This document shows positions 44,611 to 54,248 of a DNA stretch of 64,000 bases, piece by piece (within the stretch, counting starts at the first letter, position 1; the number at the start of each line of letters is the position of its first letter). The stretch lies in the NCBI GenBank assembly GCA_963847445.1, contig CAWJZV010000018.1:32001-96000 (forward strand). Direction: 5' to 3'. The stretch comes from an uncultured delta proteobacterium. GTDB taxonomy: Bacteria; Desulfobacterota; Binatia; UBA9968. The position numbers were made by a program, and so were the translations under genes. The notes under the pieces were generated by a model. It searched no databases. It saw only the letters and a program-made list of their open reading frames with translations, and had not been told where the DNA came from.

Positions 44611-44643
44611 ACTCAAGACCTCCTCTGGCCGGTTGTTAAGCCT

Positions 44644-44961
44644 TCATTTGGTCGCAGTCACCTCGGTTGCCGGAAGCATTGCGACAATCTTGCTCATTTC
44701 ACTGACGGAAAAGGCTCTCAGTGTCTGCGTGCGGATATTACCGAGAGACGCCATGCTCATGGCGAACGCCGTCATCGTCTCATCGTCCGGCGCATCGGCG
44801 GTAAACACTGCGTCAAATGCGCCCATGGTCCAGTAAATATCTTTGACCTTGATGCCAAGATTAGCCGCCGCATTGACTAGCCCTTTGGCGCGCTCGGTGG
44901 TGTGGCGGATATGACGCGCGCCTTCCTCGGTAAAGTTTACCAGCGAAACATAAGTCGCCAT
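44644..44961 (-). CDS. GYD-domain protein
   Basis: MATYVSLVNFTEEG, YWTMGAFD and GNIRTQTLRAF. Confidence 0.85.
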   Translation of the reverse strand: MATYVSLVNFTEEGARHIRHTTERAKGLVNAAANLGIKVKDIYWTMGAFDAVFTADAPDDETMTAFAMSMASLGNIRTQTLRAFSVSEMSKIVAMLPATEVTATK

Positions 44962-45606
44962 CGAAACCTCTCGGCCGCTTGGTCTAATCAAAGAGTCTTC
45001 AGGCTTCCGTGTAATCACCGCCGAGGCGCGGAGGACGCGAAGTAAAGAGAATTTGCTTAGAAATTACTCCGAACTCTGTGAACTCTGTGCCTCTGTGGTG
45101 AATAGTCTTTCTCAGCAAACCCAAAACGAGCCAAATAAAAAAGCCGGTCTGCTCCCGCGACATATCGCAAAAGCAACCGGCTTTTAGCCACCTATTTCCC
45201 CGCTAAATATCAAGCCGCGCTCCTTGCACTGCTGCTCTGAATCGCGAGAGATCGTCAAAGTTGAGGAAATCTTGTTGTGATGAGACAACTACCAACGCCC
45301 CTCGCCACTGTCAAGCTATTCTTTGTAACGATCGGTTGTCTTCAAAGACGTTTAAAAAAACAAATCCCTCTAAATCTCCCTTTACAAAGGGAGACTTTCC
45401 ATTCCCCTTTGAAAAAGGGGGAATGGAGAATTTGTCCACACCACCACCGATACCGTTGCCGTATTGCTGCGCAGCCACGGTGCTACACGAAACCATGGAA
45501 TCCACCGGCGAACTCTTGTACTTTAGCTGCGATTCGGATTAATTCTGTCACTTTGCGGCGAGCGTTCAAAATAGCGTTCATTCAGTTTGACGCGATCGGA
45601 GGCAGC

Positions 45607-46717
45607 ATGTTCGATTTTCTTTTCCCCACTCATCCATTCGGCGGCCACACGCTGCGCCTGGTTGCGCAAGCGCAGCAAGGCGGCGGCGATGTCTTCGATA
45701 TCGCCCGGGCGATGAAGAACGTCGAAGCCGGCGACAAGGACAGCTGGGAGCGCGAGTGGCTGGCCATGGCTGAGAAGACTGAAGCGCGCGCCCACGGCGC
45801 ATTGGCGGCCGGCCATCAAGGCACGGCGCGGCAGAATTTTTTTCACGCCAGCAATTACTATCGGATGTCCGACGTGCTCCTGACCAGCGCCGAGGAAAGC
45901 AAACGCGGCGAGCGCTTTCGCCAGTCCCAGGCAATGTTTCGCGCCGCCGCTAAACTCAATTCGCCCAAGATCGAAGTGATTTCAGTGCGCTGCGGCAATG
46001 AACAGTACGACGGTTACTTCTGCCATCCCGTGAGTCCCAAGCCAGGCAAATGGCCGGCGGTACTGTTTCTCGGCGGCGCCGACGCCTACGCCGAAGAGAT
46101 TTATTTCGGCGGCAAGCAGATGCTCGAGCGCGGCTGGGCGATGCTCTTGGTCGACACGCCGGGACGCGGCTCGTCGATGTACCTGAAAGGCATCAAGACC
46201 CGGCCCGATTACGAAGTGCCCGGCAAGGCTTGCATCGATTATTTAGTCTCGCGGCCGGAAGTCGACGCCAACCGCGTCGCGCTCCTTGGCATCAGCATGG
46301 CCGGTTATTACGCGCCGCGCGTGGCGGCCTTCGAAAAGCGCCTGCGGGCACTGGTCGCCTGGAGCGGCTGCTACAGCATCTTGGACGATCTCTATGACTG
46401 GTGTGTGCACCTCCAACCGGTCTGTCAACGTCTGCTCGGCGGCGTCAGCCACGAAGAGGCGCGCCGGCAATTGAAAGACTTCACCATGGCCGGCATGCGC
46501 CAAGAACATCACCTGCCCGACGCTGATTACCCACGGCGACAAGGACACGCTGATGTCCGTCGAAGGCGCGAAGAAGTTGTTCAACGAAATCGGCGCCACT
46601 GATAAAACCTTAAAAATTTACGGCGAAGCCGACGGCGGCGGGCGGATTCACTGCAGCCACGACTACTGGGCGCATAACTTGCCGTACATGTTGGATTGGT
46701 TGGAAGAGCGGCTGTGA
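45607..46717 (+). CDS. Alpha/beta hydrolase (2,6-dihydropseudooxynicotine hydrolase-like); frameshift near 46500
   Basis: GGADAYAEE, DTPGRG, GISMAGYYAPR nucleophile elbow, THGDKD and HCSHD. Confidence 0.85.
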
Positions 46718-46893
46718 GAAAATTGGAGTATCAGAGTGTTTAAAATCAGTTCAACCGATGCGTTCCGATTCAATCCCCCGTCCGATCCTCCCCCGCGACG
46801 CGGGGGAGGACAGAGGTAGGGGGCTTGAACGCATCGTACGTTTCGAACGTTTTGAAACGGATTGAACGGTCAATGCAAAGGAGAATTATTGCA

Positions 46894-48398
46894 ATGGCAA
46901 ACAACGGACAAGACTCAATTGGGACAAAGAAGTCGACGTGCTCGTTGTCGGCTACGGCGCCGCGGGTGGCATCGCGGCGATCACCGCCCACGACGCCGGT
47001 GCGAAGGTTTTATTGATCGAAAAAATGCCCCACCCCGGCGGCATCTCGATTCTCTCCGGCGGCGGCGTCGCCTTCGCGCATAACGCCGAGGGGGCCTTTC
47101 AATATTTAAAACGCACCTGCAACGGCACCACGCCGGACGACATTCTGCGCAAGATGGCCGAAGAGATGGTCGGCATGATCGACTGGGTCACCGAACTCGC
47201 CAAAGTCAGCGGCACCGAGCCGTCTAAGACCGAGACCCGCGGCCATGGCACCTATCCATTTGCTGGCACCAACGACATTGATTCGATCAAGCTCAAAGAC
47301 TTCCAAGCCTACGACGAATTCCCCTGGGCCAAAGGACTGCGCGGCGGCGCCCGGCTGTTCAAAGTCGTCTACGACAACGTCAACAGCCGCAACATCGAAG
47401 TGCTGCTCTCGACGCCGGCGAAAGAATTGATTTTGAATAGCGACGGCGAAGTGATCGGCCTGGTCGCCGAGCATGACGGCAAGACGATTCGTATCAAGGC
47501 GAATAAGGGCGTCATTCTGTGCTGCGGCGGCTACGAAAACGACGACGCCCTGAAGCTGCAATACTTCGAAGCCCAGCCGGTCTATCCGGTCTACCTCGGC
47601 AACACCGGCGACGGCTTGAAGATGGCGCAAAAAGCCGGCGCCGGCCTCTGGCATATGTGGCATTTTCACGGCGGCTACGGCTTTAAGTTTGCCGAGCTGC
47701 CCTTCGCCATCCGCCATGTCTGGGCCGGACCGAGAAACGAGAACCGCAAGATGATTTGGATCGGCGTCGACAAATCTGGCAAGCGCTTCATGGACGAGTA
47801 CCCGCCGGCGCCTCAGGACACCGGCACCCGGGCGCTGGAATACTACGATGCCGACATCCAGGACTATCCGCGCATCCCTTGCTATCTGATCTTCGACGAG
47901 GAAGGCAGAAAGCTCGGCCCCATCGGCATCCCGATCGTCAACGACGAGCGCTATGACGCCAGCTGGAGCGCGGACAATCTCGCCGAGATCGACAAAGGCT
48001 GGATCAAAAAAGGCAACTCGCTGGAAGACATCGCGGCGCAGATCGACGTCAATCCCAAAGTGCTCAGAGCCACGGTGGAACGGTGGAACGACCTCTGCGC
48101 CAAAGGCCAGGACGAAGATCACAAACGGCCGCCGAAAACCATGATGCCGATCAAGACCGGCCCGTTCTACGTCATGGAGGCCTGGCCCATCGTCAATAAT
48201 ACTCAGGGTGGCCCCGAGCACGACGTCAAGCAGCGCGTGTTAGACCCGATGAAACGACCCATCCCACGCCTCTACGTCGCCGGCGAGATCAGCTCGATTT
48301 ACGGCCATTTGTATTTGGAAGCGGGCAACATCACCGAATGCTTCGTCGCGGGGAAGATCGCCGGGCAGAATGCCGCGGCGGAGCAAGCGTGGTCCTGA
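46894..48398 (+). CDS. FAD-binding dehydrogenase (fumarate reductase flavoprotein/3-ketosteroid dehydrogenase-like); indel near the start
   Basis: WDKEVDVLVVGYGAAG, GGISILSGG, CCGGYE, NTGDG, NTQGG and IPRLYVAGE. Confidence 0.88.
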
Positions 48399-48459
48399 GC
48401 GGTCGATTGTGAATAGAGCAGCGTGATCACGCCGCAATCGACGAAGCAAAGATTGTCGT

Positions 48460-48670
48460 CACCACGAAGGCACGAAGAGCACGAAGTTCGGAATTTTAAT
48501 CATCCGAAACCTTCGTGTCCTTCGTGCCTCCTTAGAAAATACATTCAAGGGGAGGGTCTCCACACAATGAAGAGGTCACCTGGATTCCGTCATACCCGCG
48601 AAAGCGGGTATCCAGGCTAATTGGGCGCAGAACAAACCTGGATTCCTTCGCGTGCGCGGGAATGACGAAT
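48460..48670. repeat. Cluster of palindromic REP-like elements
   Basis: CACGAAG arrays / CTTCGTG, plus CGTCATACCCGCGAAAGCGGGTATCCAGG ... CCTGGATTCC..GCGGGAATGACG. Confidence 0.7.
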
Positions 48671-48811
48671 CGATGAGGGGATCATGTTCTGGGAGTGCCA
48701 ACCATTTTCATGCTCTGTAGGCGAGCGCAAGCTCATGAAACACTTCGTGGTGGAAAATGATGTTATCAATAAGCAGATTCGTTTCGACCGCAGCTACTGT
48801 CGTTTAAACTT

Positions 48812-49970
48812 TTAAAAATAGCGCCACAGCCACCATTTCTCGAAGCCGAGCTTCGCCCAGTAGATCGCCCTAGACGGCCCCCATGTGCGCGGATCGGTGA
48901 CACCGAAGGGCGGCCAGCCGGTGGGATACGTCGTTCGGTTTGCGGCGGCGCGTCCAGCGCCGAAGGCGAGTAGTCATATGGTGTGCAGCCAGAGGTCTAC
49001 GGGTCGTGCCCTTGCCGGTGATCTCGACGGCGAGATTATGCGCCAGCACATCCGCTTCCTGATGGGCGACGCCGCCGGCCTTGGACGCCGGCAGGTCGGC
49101 GCAATCGCCGATGGCGTAAACATTGTCCCATTTGGTTTGCAGCGTGTCGTAGTCGACGCGGATGCCGGTTTCGCTCTCGGCCAGACCGCTATCGAGCAGC
49201 ACTTGCGCCGGCCGGTGCGGCGGCACCATGACCAGCAGATCGTAGGGAATGTTGTAATTGTACAGACCCTGGACGACCTTTTTCTCCGGTTCGATGGAAC
49301 GCACGACAAACTCGTAGTGCTGCTCGATGCCGCGCCGTTTGCTTTCGGCATTCATCCACACCGCCGGATCGTGAGCTTCGCCGGTCGGTTCCGCCTCGCG
49401 GGTGAAGTAGTCGATCTGAACCCGGTCGCGAATCCCCTTTTGACGGAAATATCCATCGAGCATCCACTGCGCTTCATAGGGCGCCGGCGGGCATCGGTAT
49501 GGCCCGAGCGGCACACCGACGACTACCCTGCCGCCGCGAAACGACTCCAGGCTCGCGCGCAAACGCAGCGCTGATTCCATTTCCCAGGGGTGCTGCGACC
49601 CTTCGGCAAAGCCCGGAACCAAGTCGGGACGGGTTTGCAGGCCGAGCGAAGTGATCAAGTAGTCGTAGTTGATCTTTTCTTTTTCCAGCGAAATTTCCTG
49701 GCGGATCGGATCGATGCCGAGAATCTCCGACTGAATGACTCTGACGTTGCGCTTCTCGATTACTTTCAAATTCCGGCTGATATCGCGCGGTTGGCGCTCG
49801 CCGATCATGATGAACAGAAACGCCGGCATGAAAATATGATCGGCGCGCCGGTCGATTAGAATGACATCGTGATCGGCGCCGAGCTTGCGGCCCAAATGCG
49901 TCGCCGCCACCACGCCGCCGCAGCCGCCGCCTAAAATGACAATTTTCTTTCGTCGCGATAGAAGTTGCAT
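48812..49970 (-). CDS. Sulfide:quinone oxidoreductase-like flavoprotein with in-frame UGA (putative Sec) at the second catalytic Cys; one indel near 49003
   Basis: LGGGCGG, YRCPPAPYE, VYAIGD and KAGGVAHQEA; after the indel, LWLHTI-UGA-LLAFGAGRAA...PSRAIYWAKLGFEKWWLWRYF-TAA. UGA at 48974-48976. Confidence 0.82.
48946..48962 (-). promoter_or_regulatory. Candidate bacterial SECIS hairpin
   Basis: CGGCGC-[UGGAC]-GCGCCG; the loop begins 17 nt after the UGA. Confidence 0.55.
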
Positions 49971-49994
49971 GTTGAGTTCTTGGTTTCGCGAAGT

Positions 49995-50180
49995 CTATTT
50001 ATCTTGAGCGCCGAAGCGCTGTTTTGAGCGTTGCGCCAGTCCCTGGAGATTTCTCAGCCGCTGCTCGCGCCAGAGTTGTTGCTCGCGCCTGCCGTCGGCG
50101 TTGAGTTCCTTGCCAAAGCCGGATGATGCCCGCAAGAACCAGATGATTAAAGTATCAGATAGATCTTTTAGCCATTCCAT
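49995..50180 (-). CDS. Small hypothetical protein
   Basis: GGAG RBS, ATG, 61 aa; co-oriented between two genes. Confidence 0.55.
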   Translation of the reverse strand: MEWLKDLSDTLIIWFLRASSGFGKELNADGRREQQLWREQRLRNLQGLAQRSKQRFGAQDK

Positions 50181-50241
50181 ACATTTCTCCGCCTCACGCT
50201 CCGGCTTTGCTTAACCCAGCGTTTGGTGACTGCGTTTGAGC

Positions 50242-51210
50242 TTATCTTAAGAAGGTATCTTCTTGCCGGAGCTTTTCGCCGGCGGCGAGTAGCCCCTGCG
50301 GCGACGGCCCCGATTCACCGATCAGACCGACCTGGCGCAAGAACTGGCCGATCTGCTCATGGTCGCGCGGGCTCACCGGCGCATAAGGCCGGCAGGGCTG
50401 GCCGAGATCGACACCGAAATGTTTCATCGCCGACTTCATCACCGGCGGCAAACCATAGGCGCCCCATTTCCCGGGAAATAAGGCGTAGCAGCGCGCCCAG
50501 AATCTGGCCGTCTCCAGATCGCCGGCGCGAAACGCCTTGACGATCTGCGCGCCGATGCGCGTCCCCGGCGGCGGCATGGTGGCGCCGGAGCCGCCGAGCA
50601 TGAGCGTGACCAGGAGCGGCTGCATGGTGGTAAAATAGTGACCGCGGCCGGCCAGCTCGATCTGCTCGATCAAACGCGAGATCTTGGTGATGTCGCGGGA
50701 GCTTTCTTTGAAGTAGCGAATATTATCGATCTCGCTGATCTTGACGAAGGCATCCTGCGGCGGATCGGCGCCCGGACCGGGATTGTGATAACAGGTGACC
50801 GGCAACGGACTCGCCGAGGCGACTTGAGTGTAAAACTCCATCAGCTCGGCGATGGTCGGCTGGCCGCCCCAGGGACGCAGCGGCATCAGCACTTGAATGA
50901 AGTCGCCGTTCACCTTGGCGGCATACTCGGCGAGTTCAATAACCTCGCGCGGCGCCGGACTGGAGCAGCCCAAGATCACCGGCACCCGGCCGCCGATCAT
51001 TTCGGTGGCGACTTTGAGCACTTCCTTGCGCTCATCGCGCGACAGCATGGTGTATTCCGCCGCTTCCACCGCCGCCACCGTGATCGCGTCGCAGTCGGGA
51101 ATAAGAAATTCGATTTCCTTTTCGAGCGCCTTGTAATCGACGCGATCATTCACGTCGAAGGGCGTCAAACAGGCGCCAATGATGCCGCTGATAGGTTTGG
51201 TCGTTGCCAT
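50242..51210 (-). CDS. Dihydrodipicolinate synthase (DapA/NanA)-family aldolase/lyase
   Basis: CLTPFD, RVPVILG, CYHNP and YFKESS Schiff-base Lys; lacks the canonical GTTGE, so it is not DapA itself. Confidence 0.82.
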   Translation of the reverse strand: MATTKPISGIIGACLTPFDVNDRVDYKALEKEIEFLIPDCDAITVAAVEAAEYTMLSRDERKEVLKVATEMIGGRVPVILGCSSPAPREVIELAEYAAKVNGDFIQVLMPLRPWGGQPTIAELMEFYTQVASASPLPVTCYHNPGPGADPPQDAFVKISEIDNIRYFKESSRDITKISRLIEQIELAGRGHYFTTMQPLLVTLMLGGSGATMPPPGTRIGAQIVKAFRAGDLETARFWARCYALFPGKWGAYGLPPVMKSAMKHFGVDLGQPCRPYAPVSPRDHEQIGQFLRQVGLIGESGPSPQGLLAAGEKLRQEDTFLR

Positions 51211-51540
51211 AGGCTTATGGAGTTCTTTAGCTATTTGGTTCTTTTGTGGGTTCAGATTGTTTTGTTCACCACGAAGGCACACAGGGTTCGATAATTTAAT
51301 TTCTGAACTTCGTGCTCTTCGTACTACTATCCTTGATAATTTGCGGGGTTTGCGCAAATGGTGCGAGCGTCAAATCCAAGAGGGCGGGTTTAAACCCGCC
51401 CCTACCCATGCCGATTCTTTTTTGCGCCCTTGCGTTCATTGCGGCCATTCTTCTTGTCGGTTGCGGCTTTGCCACGCTATGTCCTCCTTAGAAAATACAC
51501 GTGCAGCGATGATCTGGGCATCGATAACGACTCTCTGTTC

Positions 51541-51608
51541 CGTCATACCGGCGCAGGCCGGTATCCATCCCCTTCCGCCCCTGGATGCCGGCCTGCGCCG
51601 GCATGACG
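51541..51608. repeat. CGTCAT...ATGACG REP doublet
   Basis: CGTCATACCGGCGCAGGCCGGTATCCA / TGGATGCCGGCCTGCGCCGGCATGACG. Confidence 0.75.
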
Positions 51609-51711
51609 AGTCTAAGGAATGGCTTCCCGGTATTTTCATTATCTGTGGGCGTGCGTAAGACCATGATTCACTTCGTGGTAAAATCGTTTTCACAGTAACC
51701 CTGCGACACTG

Positions 51712-52369
51712 CTAATTTAAGACTTCCGCGACGATGCGCGCATGGCCGGCATCGCTGCCTTTGACCCGCAGCGGCAGCGCCATGATGCGCGTGCGCTTGC
51801 CGACGCACCGCAGCCAAATTGGTGACGTTCTCGGCGATGAGAACGTCATTACCCAACAAAGTTCGATGCACCGGAAAATCGAACCCCTTGGGCCGCAGCG
51901 GCGTCGGCAGGTCGACGGTGATGCAGTCGATGCCGAACATTTTAATGCCCTTCTTGACCATCCACTCGGCGGCGTCGACGGAAAGATAAGGATGCAGATT
52001 GTAATCCGGGCTGTCGAACTTCTCGTCCCAGCCGGTGTGGAGCATGAGGATATCGCCGCGATTGACCGTGACGCCGGAGGCTTCTAAATCTTTTGCCGTC
52101 ACCTCTTCGCCGCCGTTCTTCTTGACGCTGATCACCGCGCCGGTGCCGACGAAGGCATCCACCGGCAACTCGTCAATCGATTTGCCGTTGGGCATTATAT
52201 GGATCGGCGCGTCGACATGGGTGCCAGCGTGACAGGGCATCGACAACTCAGTGACGTTCAAGGGATGGCCTTTGTCCAGGCTCAAAAACTTCGTCACGTG
52301 GACTTCCGGCAGGATCGGAATCTTCGGCATGCCGTCGTAAATCACCCGTGACAAATCGATCATTTCCAT
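51712..52369 (-). CDS. Cyclase family (kynurenine formamidase-like) protein; frameshift near 51810
   Basis: HAGTHVDAP.H, LHTGW, GID and VH..LL..IAEN. Confidence 0.88.
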
Positions 52370-52386
52370 AGCACCTATCTCCTTGT

Positions 52387-53134
52387 TTACTTGCCGCCGC
52401 GCCAGCGCTCGTAGAGCGGATCTTTGGCGACGTAGGCGCGGACAATGCCGTCGAACGCCAGCCAGAACTGGTCCAGAGTTTTCAGCACCGAGGCGCGCAC
52501 CGCCACTTGCTGCGGTTCGGTCACGGCGTAGCGCTCCACCGCCAGCGGTCCGACTTTCATATGCTCTTCGTCGACGCCCATGTGCAGCGTCCAGTAACGG
52601 ATGTCTTCCGACTCGCGATTAAAGCCGTAATGCTGGGTGAGGCCGTTGACGATGCGCGTCATGCGCTCGTTCGCCGTGCCTTCGAGACAGAATCCCTGGC
52701 AAGCGTAAAGCTCGAGCCAAGTGCGTTGGGACATCAACAGTTCGCGCCAATCGAGAAACGCCTGGGTCTCCGGCGTCGGCTCGATGCGGTCGAGCTCTTC
52801 CTTGTCGGCGAAACCGCAAGCTTTGGCGAAGCGGATGAACAGCGCCTTGTGGCTATCGGTGCCGGTGATCTCTCCCGTGCCCTCTTCGACGACGTTCTCG
52901 ATCCACATTTTTTCCAACTCGGGATCGTCCGGGCAACGCGCCAACATCGCGGCAATCGGTTTCGGGAAGGGCTTGGGGAAAAATAAATAAAACTGGCCGA
53001 TGAATCCCTTGAGCGCGTCACGGTCGAGCTTGCCGTCCTCGATCATGCCGATAATCGGATGATTCTTGGAGTGCTTGGCCCGGACCATTTGCTGGATCTC
53101 TTTGACGAAACTCGCTGCTCGACACTACCGCCAT
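52387..53134 (-). CDS. Heme-oxygenase-like diiron (PqqC/CADD-like) enzyme; indel near the start
   Basis: ENVVEEGTG...SH, CLEG and YWTLHMGVDEEH. Confidence 0.78.
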
Positions 53135-53431
53135 GGCAACTATCTCCTCTCGCACGCGCCTCTACCGGACTGCAAAACAGACCGGGAGCTTCAACACACA
53201 AGTACACTTACCACATGAAAAAAAAGCTGGAAAGTCAGTTGGCCGCCTTTATCGGGTTTGGTCTATTCGGCTTGGCTTGGACACTCCAGGACAGTCACGA
53301 GTTTAATTTGGCGATTGAAAGCTTCGATCCATCCACACCAAGGCCAAGGCTCGGCCGACTGGTCATTATGAGGAAAAACCTCATCGACTATATGAATGAC
53401 CCTGGCATTATCTAACCAGGCTTAGGCGCGC

Positions 53432-53698
53432 TTATTGGATGGCCGAATATCGTCGGAAAACCGTCGGCGGCACTAAATAAATTTCGCTATTGTTTTCCAG
53501 CGGGAACTTCCTACCCGTTTTATGACAGAACGCGAGGTGCCCGCGAATGGCAGCAACCTGTGGAGGGACAGAACGCCCATGATATAGCTCAGCGATGCTT
53601 TGCTTATGGTCTGCGCCCTCTTCGATGTGGAGCCTCATGAGAATCGAATGATCGTGGCCGCAATCCTTGCAACGAACAGTTAGGTCATAGGTCGGCAT
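53432..53698 (-). CDS. Small hypothetical zinc-ribbon-like protein
   Basis: AAAGGA RBS; CKDCGHDH ... CHKTG. Confidence 0.6.
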   Translation of the reverse strand: MPTYDLTVRCKDCGHDHSILMRLHIEEGADHKQSIAELYHGRSVPPQVAAIRGHLAFCHKTGRKFPLENNSEIYLVPPTVFRRYSAIQ

Positions 53699-54248
53699 GG
53701 TGCATCCTTTCCCCGTGGCGCACTCTTATCGCTATCCCGGGTGGCATTGCAAGCGATTGGATCCTGCCTCAAGTAGAGCGGCAAGACGACGGAATACGCC
53801 GGTGGGAGCCACAGCGGCAGCCGTCATGCCGATTGTTCTCCCCGGCACGGCAGATGGTTGACCGCCTGCCAACCTGTGGAAATAAGTCACTCGTCCCTCT
53901 CTCACAAGAGCTAACAGCGGCAACAGAGTTTTTCTGCGAAACCATCTCTGCTCTCTCGGCCCGTTGGGTCGTGCCTCGGAAATTCCAACAACAGTGCTTT
54001 AACCCAGCGCCGGTGGCGTATGTCTCGCCACCCGACCCTCCGCCATCGTCAGATCTCCCTCGTCGTTTTCCTTACAGGAGGCAACGGAGGAAACAGAGAT
54101 TTTTTAACCCTCCGTGAACTCTGTTTGCTCCTGTTGAATTACATTCCTGGTCACTCGTCCCTCAACGCTTCCCTCGACCCTCGTCTCCTGCCCTTGCATG
54201 ACAGCGTTTGAATTTTTTGCCGCTGCCGCACGGAAATCTTCGGTGTCG

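Noticed and set aside
47106-48221. Long antisense ORFs (also 3038-3778, 4561-5394, 60354-61259 and others)
   Set aside because: They are shadows of well-supported genes on the opposite strand, as expected in GC-rich DNA, and contain no motifs.
53215-53415. Possible 66-aa plus-strand ORF MKKKLESQLAAFIGFGLFGLAW
   Set aside because: No clear RBS or family motif; too little support to list as a feature.
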